Shown here one piece after another: positions 17,520 through 25,043 of a stretch of 29,264 nucleotides of DNA; within the stretch, counting starts at the first letter, position 1, and each line of letters starts with the position of its first letter. The position numbers and the translations under genes were made by a program. Location: IMG/VR virus record IMGVR_UViG_3300049261_000008, positions 1-29,264 of that record. One strand, 5' to 3'. The DNA comes from a virus. Taxonomy: Duplodnaviria; Caudoviricetes. Below the pieces are notes generated by a model. That model saw only the letters and a program-made list of their open reading frames with translations. It did no database searches and was not told where the DNA came from.

Positions 17520-18765
17520 AGCGTAATTTCCATGCCATATACCTCAGAGAATCCGCATGATGGTCATTGAGCTTCGCGGGGCGGCGTTCTCCGTTGATCC
17601 CCGTGGCACTCTCGGCATACTCATAACTCTGAAAATCATTGATCAATTCCGTACAGCGCGGGTGAACCTTCAACAGACGCACGCCGTTGCCATCGCAGAT
17701 GAGACGCCGAACGTTTTTGATGCCCTCTGTCACCACATGCGTCGCCCCCATCGTCTGAATGCCCTGGGCCCAGATACGCCCTTTCAATTGGGCGGCGCTG
17801 CTGTCCACATACGCAATGTCAGGCAGTGGATAGCCTAACTCTATCACATGTTTAATCGAGATCTCTTCAACTTCAAGTGTGGCGCTGTATTCGGCAAAGA
17901 TATTCAATCCCCCTTGGGGGGTGAATTGGCCCAACAGGAACACGCGGGGATGATACGAATCCGTCCCGCGCCCCTTCCCCAGGGCGTAGCCATCGTCAAC
18001 GCCCCAGGCAATCGGCCACGCAGGGTTATAGTCGGCCTCTTCAGATACATTGCCATCAGGCTCCAGACTAAAGTTATCGTAGATCGCCCCTTCTGACTGC
18101 ACCCATCGATTCAAGACGAGACGTTGATACTGTGTCCCTGTGAGCGTTGCAAGCGTCTGAAAATAACTCTCTGGTAAATACGGGTTGTCTTTGGCGACGG
18201 AGTAATACACGTGCGCTTCCCCACCAATGATCAACCGTTGGTTGATCCAGTGGCCGGGGGCGTCGGGATTGGTCGTCAGAATGATTTGCCGCCATGACGC
18301 CGCTGTGTGCCGCAAACGCGCTGCGAGTTCATTGAAATCTTCCTCATCAAGCGCGGTCGCCTCCTCAATCCAGATGACATCAACGCCGCCTTCCCCGCCA
18401 ATCGAGCGCACACTCTCGCGCTGATCATCGTCCTGCATCCCGCCTGTATACAGCACCGAACCATTGGGATAGGTGAAGGTATTGTCGCTCTTGTTCCATG
18501 TAATGCCGCTGCGCATACCCCCCATAACCTTCCACATGGTCGGCACACACGAACGATTTGCGCTCTTGAGCGTCTTACGCACCATGAGACCGACCGCGCC
18601 GGGATACTTGAGCAAATAGGCGTGCAGCTTTTCAGCCGCCAATCGTGATTTGCCGCCGCCGCTCCCGCCTGAGAGAAGGATCACAAGCGACTTATCATGC
18701 CAGGGGGCGATGTGCCATGTGAGAGGGGCAAAGGGGGCGAGTCTATTCGGCGGCGTCCCAATCAT
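17512..18765 (-). CDS. terL: Terminase large subunit (PBSX-like)
   Basis: Walker A GGSGGGKS, Walker B IWIEEA, TTNP coupling motif, nuclease GVDDG and DHHADSLRY. Confidence 0.93.
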   Translation of the reverse strand: MIGTPPNRLAPFAPLTWHIAPWHDKSLVILLSGGSGGGKSRLAAEKLHAYLLKYPGAVGLMVRKTLKSANRSCVPTMWKVMGGMRSGITWNKSDNTFTYPNGSVLYTGGMQDDDQRESVRSIGGEGGVDVIWIEEATALDEEDFNELAARLRHTAASWRQIILTTNPDAPGHWINQRLIIGGEAHVYYSVAKDNPYLPESYFQTLATLTGTQYQRLVLNRWVQSEGAIYDNFSLEPDGNVSEEADYNPAWPIAWGVDDGYALGKGRGTDSYHPRVFLLGQFTPQGGLNIFAEYSATLEVEEISIKHVIELGYPLPDIAYVDSSAAQLKGRIWAQGIQTMGATHVVTEGIKNVRRLICDGNGVRLLKVHPRCTELINDFQSYEYAESATGINGERRPAKLNDHHADSLRYMAWKLRYD

Positions 18766-19168
18766 CAGGGCTGATTCCTTTGTACGCTTTCAAGGCGACT
18801 TCACCACTGTGTACATGTTCCTGCTTGACGCTCATATCCAATCCGAGCAGCTTCGCCCGCCGCTCACTGATGCGGATCGCCCGATCAATCGCGCCCAGAT
18901 GCCCATTGTTCACCTGGGGTTGCAAGACAAGCGTCATACGGTCTAAGCGTTCCACTTCCAGCGCCCGCAGTTGTTCAGCGTTATCGACGTTCTCTTTAAT
19001 CGCCTCGGCCAGCATCGTCTTGATGTCGCCGTGAATAGTCGCAGGGGACGTTTCAAGACGTGACGCAATCTCACGAATCGACAGGCCGGAACGCCGAAGT
19101 TGAAGCGCTTTTTCCTGTCGTTCGGTGATATTGATCGTCTTGGATTCTGATTTCTTGCCGTGTGCCAT
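18743..19168 (-). CDS. terS: Terminase small subunit (HTH)
   Basis: ALQLRRSGLSIREIASRL HTH, ERRAKLLGLD motif; directly upstream of terL. Confidence 0.8.
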   Translation of the reverse strand: MAHGKKSESKTINITERQEKALQLRRSGLSIREIASRLETSPATIHGDIKTMLAEAIKENVDNAEQLRALEVERLDRMTLVLQPQVNNGHLGAIDRAIRISERRAKLLGLDMSVKQEHVHSGEVALKAYKGISPDDWDAAE

Positions 19169-19179
19169 TGTTCAAGTCT

Positions 19180-20454
19180 CTACAAGTTTAGAGGGGATTC
19201 GAGATGGGCCGTTTGCCCTGTGAACGTTTCCCATCGCTGAATGATCACGGCTGCATACTCAGGACTGATCTCGAATCCATAGCAGATACGATCTGTTTGT
19301 TCAGCAGCAATAAGGGTTGTGCCTGAACCGAGAAAGGGATCGAGAATGATAGCGTCTTTCTCTGAACTGTTATTGATTGCGCGGACAACAAGATCGACAG
19401 GCTTCATCGTGGGGTGTAAGTCATTAGAGAGAGTGCGGGTGATTTCCCACACATCCTCCTCGTGATAGCGCTCTCCGTAGAATGCACCCCCAGATTGACC
19501 GTAAACAATAGGTTCATAGCGTAGTTTGTAATCCTTATTAGAGATAGTGCTTTCATTCTTGACCCATGCAATAATTGACCGCCACTCTAATTGGCAAGAG
19601 CGCATAGCCGAGAGAAGTAAATCAATATCAAGTTGAGAGAAACAAATATACCACGCCTCGATGCCCGTCCGCATACACACTAAAAGAAATTTCTCGCAGA
19701 AGTTTTTGAGGTCTTTTCCTGAAAGCGTGTCATTTTCAATCGCGCTATATGTAGTGTTTAAAGTCTTGTGTCCATTGACTTTTACACCATCAATAGTTGT
19801 GTGGCTTAAGAGTTGCCCTTTAAATGCGATGCCATAAGGGGGATCAGTGAACATCATAGAGGCTCTCTTGCCCTGCATCAATCCCTCTATCACGCCCCTA
19901 TCGGTACTATCCCCTATCGCAAGACGATGTTTGCCCAACTGCCAGATTTGCCCTGACGCCGTTCCATAGTGCGCCGCAAGCTCCTGCCCGCGATCCATCT
20001 GCGGTCCTGCGTCCTCTAGCGGCGCATCCCCCATAAAGTCAATCCCGTTCTGTGCCGCCAGATCATCAAGAACGGCTTGCAGCGCGTCATTCTCCGTCTC
20101 AATCCCCTGTAACAGCGCGTCGAGGCTGTCCTTGTCGTACACCGCCATTTGCGTGATCCAATCGAAGGACGCCAGGGCTAACGCCTCTTCCTCGTCCGAC
20201 AAATCCACTTCGATGTAAGGGACGGGCGTATCGTCGCCCTGGCTCAAAGCCTGCATGACGCGCTCATGGCCGTCGATGAGATACTGACTGCGGGCTGATA
20301 CGATAACAGGGGCGATCCATCCCAATGTATCAAGACTGCCCTTCACCGCCTCGCGCTGGTCCATCGGATGACGCCGCGGGTTTTGAGGATTCGCGATAAA
20401 TTGATCAGCGGGCAATGTGCCGTATTTGGTGATGCGATTCTGCCATTGCGCCAT
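19180..20454 (-). CDS. ParB/Srx-like domain fused to an N6-adenine/N4-cytosine DNA methyltransferase
   Basis: N-terminal NPQNPRRH, LIDGHER; FTDPPY, HPTMKP, LDPFLGSGTT (beta-class motif order). Confidence 0.9.
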   Translation of the reverse strand: MAQWQNRITKYGTLPADQFIANPQNPRRHPMDQREAVKGSLDTLGWIAPVIVSARSQYLIDGHERVMQALSQGDDTPVPYIEVDLSDEEEALALASFDWITQMAVYDKDSLDALLQGIETENDALQAVLDDLAAQNGIDFMGDAPLEDAGPQMDRGQELAAHYGTASGQIWQLGKHRLAIGDSTDRGVIEGLMQGKRASMMFTDPPYGIAFKGQLLSHTTIDGVKVNGHKTLNTTYSAIENDTLSGKDLKNFCEKFLLVCMRTGIEAWYICFSQLDIDLLLSAMRSCQLEWRSIIAWVKNESTISNKDYKLRYEPIVYGQSGGAFYGERYHEEDVWEITRTLSNDLHPTMKPVDLVVRAINNSSEKDAIILDPFLGSGTTLIAAEQTDRICYGFEISPEYAAVIIQRWETFTGQTAHLESPLNL

Positions 20455-20491
20455 GGGTGCAGTCCTGATAGATGTGTGTCGTTTTGTTCAC

Positions 20492-20500
20492 ACTATATCA
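20492..20500 (-). promoter_or_regulatory. Extended -10 candidate (TGATATAGT) for the methyltransferase-terminase-head operon
   Basis: Intergenic, just past a terminator; TTGACT lies upstream but with a short 15-nt spacer. Confidence 0.4.
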
Positions 20501-20516
20501 CAAACGCGCAAGAGTC

Positions 20517-20547
20517 AAAAAAGCCCCCTGCGATGCAAGCAAGGGGC
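20517..20547 (-). terminator. Intrinsic terminator
   Basis: Minus strand GCCCCTTGC-ttgcatc-GCAGGGGGC followed by TTTTTT (one G-U pair). Confidence 0.75.
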
Positions 20548-20594
20548 CCGTTCGGTGATCTCAAGAAGGGGGTGTATGGGGATAGTATAGCGCC

Positions 20595-20891
20595 TTATGC
20601 TCCGCCGCGCCATTCCTTCAGCCACGCATCAATCAAATCATCCCCCATCTGATCCACTCGGCGGCGCGGGCTGAGGGGCGACAGGGTGTAGAGCACGGGC
20701 GGCGGCGTGTGTATGTCGCGCTCAATCCCAAGAGACAGCAGGTCTATCGGATCAACGTCAAAGAGCACTTGCGGTGGCGGTTTGCACGGCGTCGCCTCAA
20801 TCTTCGCCACCTCGTCATGGCCCCAGAACAGCGCGCCGCAGGTCTGGCAGCGGCGCAATCCGCTCGGCATACTTTCAAGATCGTGTGTCAT
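20595..20891 (-). CDS. Hypothetical protein with CxxC
   Basis: Likely start MTHDLE at 20891 (ATGA overlap, GAGG RBS); RCQTCG. Confidence 0.55.
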   Translation of the reverse strand: MTHDLESMPSGLRRCQTCGALFWGHDEVAKIEATPCKPPPQVLFDVDPIDLLSLGIERDIHTPPPVLYTLSPLSPRRRVDQMGDDLIDAWLKEWRGGA

Positions 20892-21208
20892 GCCAACACC
20901 TCGTACAATTTTTGCGCCCATGACGGGCGCTCTGGAAACGCGGCGACCTTCTCGCGCAGGCCGCTCGGCGTCCAGACGCCAATGATCCATTGACCGCCCT
21001 CCCCCGCGAGATGTGTAAAACGAATCGTCTCACCAATCAATTCGCCGCGCAGTGTGAGCGATGCCCCCTCGACATTGACAAGCGTCATCACCAGGCCATC
21101 GGGGATGAGCGATTGAGGCAGAAGCGGCACGCCGTACAATGTGCGCGGCGTGTGGACAGGCGTCCAGGTGTACAGCTTGCGATTGTGCGTATGGGTGATT
21201 GTGGTCAT
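20888..21208 (-). CDS. Hypothetical protein
   Basis: Likely start MTTITH at 21208 with AGGAGA RBS. Confidence 0.6.
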   Translation of the reverse strand: MTTITHTHNRKLYTWTPVHTPRTLYGVPLLPQSLIPDGLVMTLVNVEGASLTLRGELIGETIRFTHLAGEGGQWIIGVWTPSGLREKVAAFPERPSWAQKLYEVLA

Positions 21209-21251
21209 CGTGTGTCTCCTAATAGTCTCCACGTGTGGAATATTCATCGGG

Positions 21252-21710
21252 TTAATCTTCGTCATCGTCATAGCGTTTAGATTGCCCCAGGAAGTCAGCC
21301 GCACTCTCGTGGAGATGTGAGCTTGCCTTTTGAAAATGCTCCTCATTCCAAGAGGGCTGAGAGCGCAAAGAGGTGAGGTCAAGTGTTGAGAGCATCGTGA
21401 TGTGGTCAAGAATCATCGCAAGCGATTCTTGCAGCTTAGCAGTCAATCGCGCTGTGGTAATCACAGGAGGGCGATATCCTTTGTTCCATTTAGCGCGATA
21501 CAAAAGCATCGCTTCAACCAGAAATTCGCGATCAGACATGTTTTCTTTGTCGCGTAAATGTTCCACAAATTCAATCACATCTCCCTCCCTTGCGCCCTGT
21601 GTTGGATCATCAGGGCGCAAGCTATTGAGACGCGTTTGAATGAGGGCGTGTTTGCCTTTAGGTTTGTTGCTAGGCTTGCGCGTGCGTTTCTTTTTGATCG
21701 GATCGAACAT
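21252..21710 (-). CDS. Putative ParR/StbB-like DNA-binding adaptor
   Basis: Start MFDPIKKK at 21710 overlapping the ParM-like stop (TAATG); basic N-terminus, acidic C-terminus; function inferred from position only. Confidence 0.45.
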   Translation of the reverse strand: MFDPIKKKRTRKPSNKPKGKHALIQTRLNSLRPDDPTQGAREGDVIEFVEHLRDKENMSDREFLVEAMLLYRAKWNKGYRPPVITTARLTAKLQESLAMILDHITMLSTLDLTSLRSQPSWNEEHFQKASSHLHESAADFLGQSKRYDDDED

Positions 21711-22828
21711 TAGTGTTTTCCTGCCATCTGAGCCCGACGCGTCAACCAAATTTTGAAGGCTTCGGCTCCCCCGCGTACTGTTGCCAGATGGATATTTTGT
21801 GCGAAGTCTGCCATATGCGTATAGCGATGCTGGAAAATGCCATCTTTGGGATTCGCGAGGAAGTCAAATAGCAATCCGCCGCCGCCGCCGCTCACCACAA
21901 TATGATTGAAGTTGCGACCCCCTGCCATACTGTCATGATAGACAAGCTGCAACTCATCAAGAAGACGGGCGACGGAATTAAGAACGGCCTGTTCAACCGC
22001 GAACACTTCATTTGCAAGAGTGATTGAGCGAGTACGCAAGCCCTCCTGGAGCATGTTATCAGGGATTGAGCGAAACCCTTTGAATTCGTTAGGGTATAAG
22101 CTTTTGAGTTCCACTTTGAACGTATCGATCACGTTCTGAATTCCAAGATCGAATACCGCTGCGCTTTCATAGAGAGGCTCAAGTCGCATGTTATCCCCCA
22201 CCATGACAGGGGTGAGACTTGAAATCTTGCCACCGCAATCAGCGACAAGAAGACGCTGCCCTGGGGCAATGCTATGAGGGTTATACTCTTGCCCTGGAAG
22301 AGACATAAAGCGTAGCAAGCCGCCCGCGGGCTCGTCAAACGGACTGATTTCGCGCACAACAAATGTGATTTCTTTGCCCTCAACATTCTTGAGGACGTGC
22401 TTCCCACCGATCAAATCCAACATCTGATCAACATAGGGGATGGCGTCAGGAGGATGAGCAATCGCAACAGTGAGATTGTTATGTCCTTCAGGCCAACGAC
22501 GCAGCATCATCGCGCTAATCACAACGTCCCAATACCCCGCGACGTACTTCCCTGCGCCCGTGACGCGTTTCACCGTGCCGGATTGAAGCGCCATATCTCC
22601 CACGACATAGGGGAGACCGTTCTTCTCAAACACAATGCTGTTGCGCGTCGTCTGTGGTTGATATTTGGCCCGATGAACCATTGCGGCGTAGGACGCAGGG
22701 GATAACTGCTGCAAGGCATGGGTAATCACATTCTCTTTACCAATGCCGCCGATGACCATATCTTTTAACAGAGAGTTACCTGCGTCGACAACCCAGAATG
22801 CTTCTGGGTCACGGGTTTTTGTTGCCAT
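21710..22828 (-). CDS. parM: ParM/StbA-family actin-like ATPase
   Basis: Phosphate-1 VVDAGNSLLK, connect-1 FDEPAGG, phosphate-2 VADCGGK, adenosine VSGGGG; AAGGAG RBS before ATG at 22828. Confidence 0.85.
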   Translation of the reverse strand: MATKTRDPEAFWVVDAGNSLLKDMVIGGIGKENVITHALQQLSPASYAAMVHRAKYQPQTTRNSIVFEKNGLPYVVGDMALQSGTVKRVTGAGKYVAGYWDVVISAMMLRRWPEGHNNLTVAIAHPPDAIPYVDQMLDLIGGKHVLKNVEGKEITFVVREISPFDEPAGGLLRFMSLPGQEYNPHSIAPGQRLLVADCGGKISSLTPVMVGDNMRLEPLYESAAVFDLGIQNVIDTFKVELKSLYPNEFKGFRSIPDNMLQEGLRTRSITLANEVFAVEQAVLNSVARLLDELQLVYHDSMAGGRNFNHIVVSGGGGGLLFDFLANPKDGIFQHRYTHMADFAQNIHLATVRGGAEAFKIWLTRRAQMAGKH

Positions 22829-22848
22829 TCTCAACTCCTTGATAAGTC

Positions 22849-22884
22849 TGTAACTAGCGTATTCAATCGTGTAACCAGTGTAAC
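22849..22884. repeat. Three TGTAAC direct repeats upstream of parM (parC/operator candidate)
   Basis: Copies start at 22849, 22870 and 22879 in an AT-rich intergenic region. Confidence 0.4.
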
Positions 22885-22924
22885 AGATTTCTCTAAAGAG
22901 TGCTAATCACAGTTTTCAAACAAC

Positions 22925-22951
22925 AAAAAGGGACGCATCATCGCGCCCCTT
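22925..22951 (-). terminator. Intrinsic terminator
   Basis: Minus strand AGGGGCGC-gatgat-GCGTCCCT followed by T-tract, just after the 22961 stop. Confidence 0.65.
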
Positions 22952-22960
22952 CTCCCCCAC

Positions 22961-23272
22961 TTACAGCCCGTGCTTGCGCATCACGGTGTGATATTTTGCC
23001 GCCCGTCGCTTCTCGCGGCCCTCCGGTGTGCTGCGATGGCGAGACTGACACAGACGCGTACAGTAGAGCCGATAGCCCTTTAGCGACGGGGTAAAGAGCG
23101 TGTGACAGTTCTTACACTCTCTTTGGGTCACCACGACATGCACACGAGAAGCGCGGCGGGAGGCATTCAGCGCACGCCGCTGGCAACCTTTTGAGCAGTA
23201 TTTGTACAGCGGCCCCTGATGGGTTACGCCGCACGTCTGGCAGACAGAAGGATTTTTGCGCGCTGCCATCAT
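22961..23272 (-). CDS. Zinc-finger protein (two CxxC...YCxxxC units)
   Basis: CQTC...YCSKGC and CKNC...YCTRLC; very basic. Confidence 0.65.
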   Translation of the reverse strand: MMAARKNPSVCQTCGVTHQGPLYKYCSKGCQRRALNASRRASRVHVVVTQRECKNCHTLFTPSLKGYRLYCTRLCQSRHRSTPEGREKRRAAKYHTVMRKHGL

Positions 23273-23529
23273 ACGCCCTCTTTCATCATGGCACGGGCTA
23301 CATTCAATTGCGCAATGAGTTCATTGACTTGATGCGGTGTATCCAGCGAAAATAATGTATGAATAAAAACGCGTCCGTCGTCATGAACAAAAACGTCTAC
23401 GCGCCGTGATGGGGATATAAGCTCTGTAGACGCCGCGCAACGCTCTTGTTCAATGATAACTGCCATCGTCCCCGGCGTATCCTCATGCATCGCTTTGGCC
23501 GCGAGTTCGCGGTATTCGCTCTCCGTCAT
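23269..23529 (-). CDS. Hypothetical protein
   Basis: 86 aa, GGGAGA RBS, ATGA overlaps. Confidence 0.6.
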   Translation of the reverse strand: MTESEYRELAAKAMHEDTPGTMAVIIEQERCAASTELISPSRRVDVFVHDDGRVFIHTLFSLDTPHQVNELIAQLNVARAMMKEGV

Positions 23530-23789
23530 TTCGTGTCTCCCTCAAAATCTTCTAATTGATCTTTGATGGCTTTGCATACTCTCTCAAAAGCGCGATCAAA
23601 CGTCTTATCAATCGCCCGCCAGAATGTCCCCGCGCCGCCAGCCAATCGATGAGATGATTCGGAGTATCTGAGAACCAACTCGACAATCGTATATGCATCG
23701 CCCTTGGGGATATTCAGGAGAGACGTGCGTATGAAGAACGTCTCCTCTGAAATGACCACGCACGATGCATGGCGCTCTTTCTCGGTCAT
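23526..23789 (-). CDS. Hypothetical protein
   Basis: 87 aa, bounded by two copies of the junction repeat. Confidence 0.6.
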   Translation of the reverse strand: MTEKERHASCVVISEETFFIRTSLLNIPKGDAYTIVELVLRYSESSHRLAGGAGTFWRAIDKTFDRAFERVCKAIKDQLEDFEGDTK

Positions 23790-24193
23790 TTCGTGTCTCC
23801 CTTTGCTTTACGTCTGATGAGATTGGCCTCAGTTCCGCTCACGCGCCCTGATACGCTGCTGTGTTTATTGGGGCGTACCCATGCGACATCGTAATCACTA
23901 TCGGCGGTCATTGCGGCGTCTTTACCTGTGTCTTTTGTGAAGCCGTTCTTCGCAGCGAATCCCACATTGCAACGAGGGATCGCATACATGTGATAGACCG
24001 TGACACGGCACAATGGATTGAGGAGAGGGATGTATTTCTTCAAGAGGCGCTGCCCCATCTCGTCAGCCCCGCGCGCATCGCCCACAACGAAATTATCTCC
24101 GTTGACAAGGGCGCTGAGAATGTAAGGCATGTAATGTAAATCGAACTCCTCTTGTGTCAGATCGAGATGCCCACTGATCATGCATGTTGTCAT
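23786..24193 (-). CDS. SLOG-superfamily (YspA/DprA-like) protein, putative
   Basis: MISGH, FVVGDARGADEMG, KDAAMT...D, SGTEANL fit the SLOG pattern GxAxGAD...RNxxM...GT. Confidence 0.6.
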   Translation of the reverse strand: MTTCMISGHLDLTQEEFDLHYMPYILSALVNGDNFVVGDARGADEMGQRLLKKYIPLLNPLCRVTVYHMYAIPRCNVGFAAKNGFTKDTGKDAAMTADSDYDVAWVRPNKHSSVSGRVSGTEANLIRRKAKGDTK

Positions 24194-24705
24194 TTCGTCT
24201 CTCCCTTCGCGATCTTGTCTTTACGCATCACAGTCTTGCTCGGCTCGTGCCAGATGTAGTGTTCTTCGGTGCGGTCCTCTAAGCGCTTCAATCCGTTGCG
24301 CATAGCCTGATTCATCATGGACCAGTCCAGTCCGATGAACGCCGCCATGCCGCCCAATGTCACAAGGCAGTCAAAGAGTTCACCCGCTGCGTCCTTCCGC
24401 TGTTCTTCGAGGGGCGGAAAGGCATAATCAACTGAGATATTGGCGGCGTCATTGGCAAGCCTGAACAAGATGCGGCGGAACTCTGTCTTAAATTCATCAA
24501 TCTCTTCGTTGACCTTTTCAACAGAGCCTTCTTCTGTCAGCCGCCCGCCGAAGCGCGTTACGTACACATGGCTGATTGTCATGACACGTTCAAACAGATT
24601 GGCGGCGTTTGTGAGCGCGGTCAGCTCGTCACTTTTGCGGGCGATAATCGCTTCATAGGCGAGGACTTGCTTTTCAAGTTCGATGATGCGTTCTGTGTCG
24701 GTCAT
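24190..24705 (-). CDS. MazG-like nucleotide pyrophosphohydrolase, putative
   Basis: KVNEEIDEF...AAGELFDCLV fits the EExxE...ExxD all-alpha NTP-PPase signature; N-terminal coiled coil. Confidence 0.6.
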   Translation of the reverse strand: MTDTERIIELEKQVLAYEAIIARKSDELTALTNAANLFERVMTISHVYVTRFGGRLTEEGSVEKVNEEIDEFKTEFRRILFRLANDAANISVDYAFPPLEEQRKDAAGELFDCLVTLGGMAAFIGLDWSMMNQAMRNGLKRLEDRTEEHYIWHEPSKTVMRKDKIAKGETK

Positions 24706-25043
24706 TCCGGCCTCCCAATCGTGACAACGGTCATTGACGCTCCGCGCTGAAGATTGATTGTCGCTTTGACCGTCACGCGGGTTTGAATTGTCTGAGCGCA
24801 GTCCTGCGCAATCTGCTGAATCATGCCCTCCATATCTCGAATATCGCCCCTGCCGCCTTTATAGCTCAAGATGTAATGCTGCAAGCTATCGACCTCCAGA
24901 AAGAGGGTGCGGGGATGATACGAAATAATGATGAGACTGCCCTCTTGCGGATTGCCGCTGATGGGGCACATGCCAGAGAACGGGATTGTATGGCGTGAAT
25001 GTGTCGTGATATACGGGCGTGTGTTTGGTTGCGTGAGAAGCAT
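24702..25043 (-). CDS. QueF-like T-fold protein
   Basis: Start MLLTQPN at 25043 (TAATG overlap with the TGT-like stop); GMCPISGNPQ, IIISYHP, LEVDSLQHYILSY, DMEGMIQQI follow the QueF/QueF-L layout. Confidence 0.7.
   Translation of the reverse strand: MLLTQPNTRPYITTHSRHTIPFSGMCPISGNPQEGSLIIISYHPRTLFLEVDSLQHYILSYKGGRGDIRDMEGMIQQIAQDCAQTIQTRVTVKATINLQRGASMTVVTIGRPE

Larger units (their letters stand above)
23525..24206 (-). repeat. 18-bp gene-junction repeat AGGGAGA(C/G)ACGAAATGAC, three copies
   Basis: At 23525-23542, 23785-23802 (identical) and 24189-24206 (one mismatch). Confidence 0.85.

Noticed and set aside
19950-20454. ParB-like domain as partner of the ParM cassette
   Set aside because: ParB/Srx-MTase fusions before terminase genes are common in phages, and ParM systems use ParR-type adaptors.
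23525-24206. Spaced direct repeats as a CRISPR array or attC sites
   Set aside because: Spacing is 260-400 bp, intervals are whole ORFs, repeats are non-palindromic RBS/start sequences, and no cas or integrase gene is visible.
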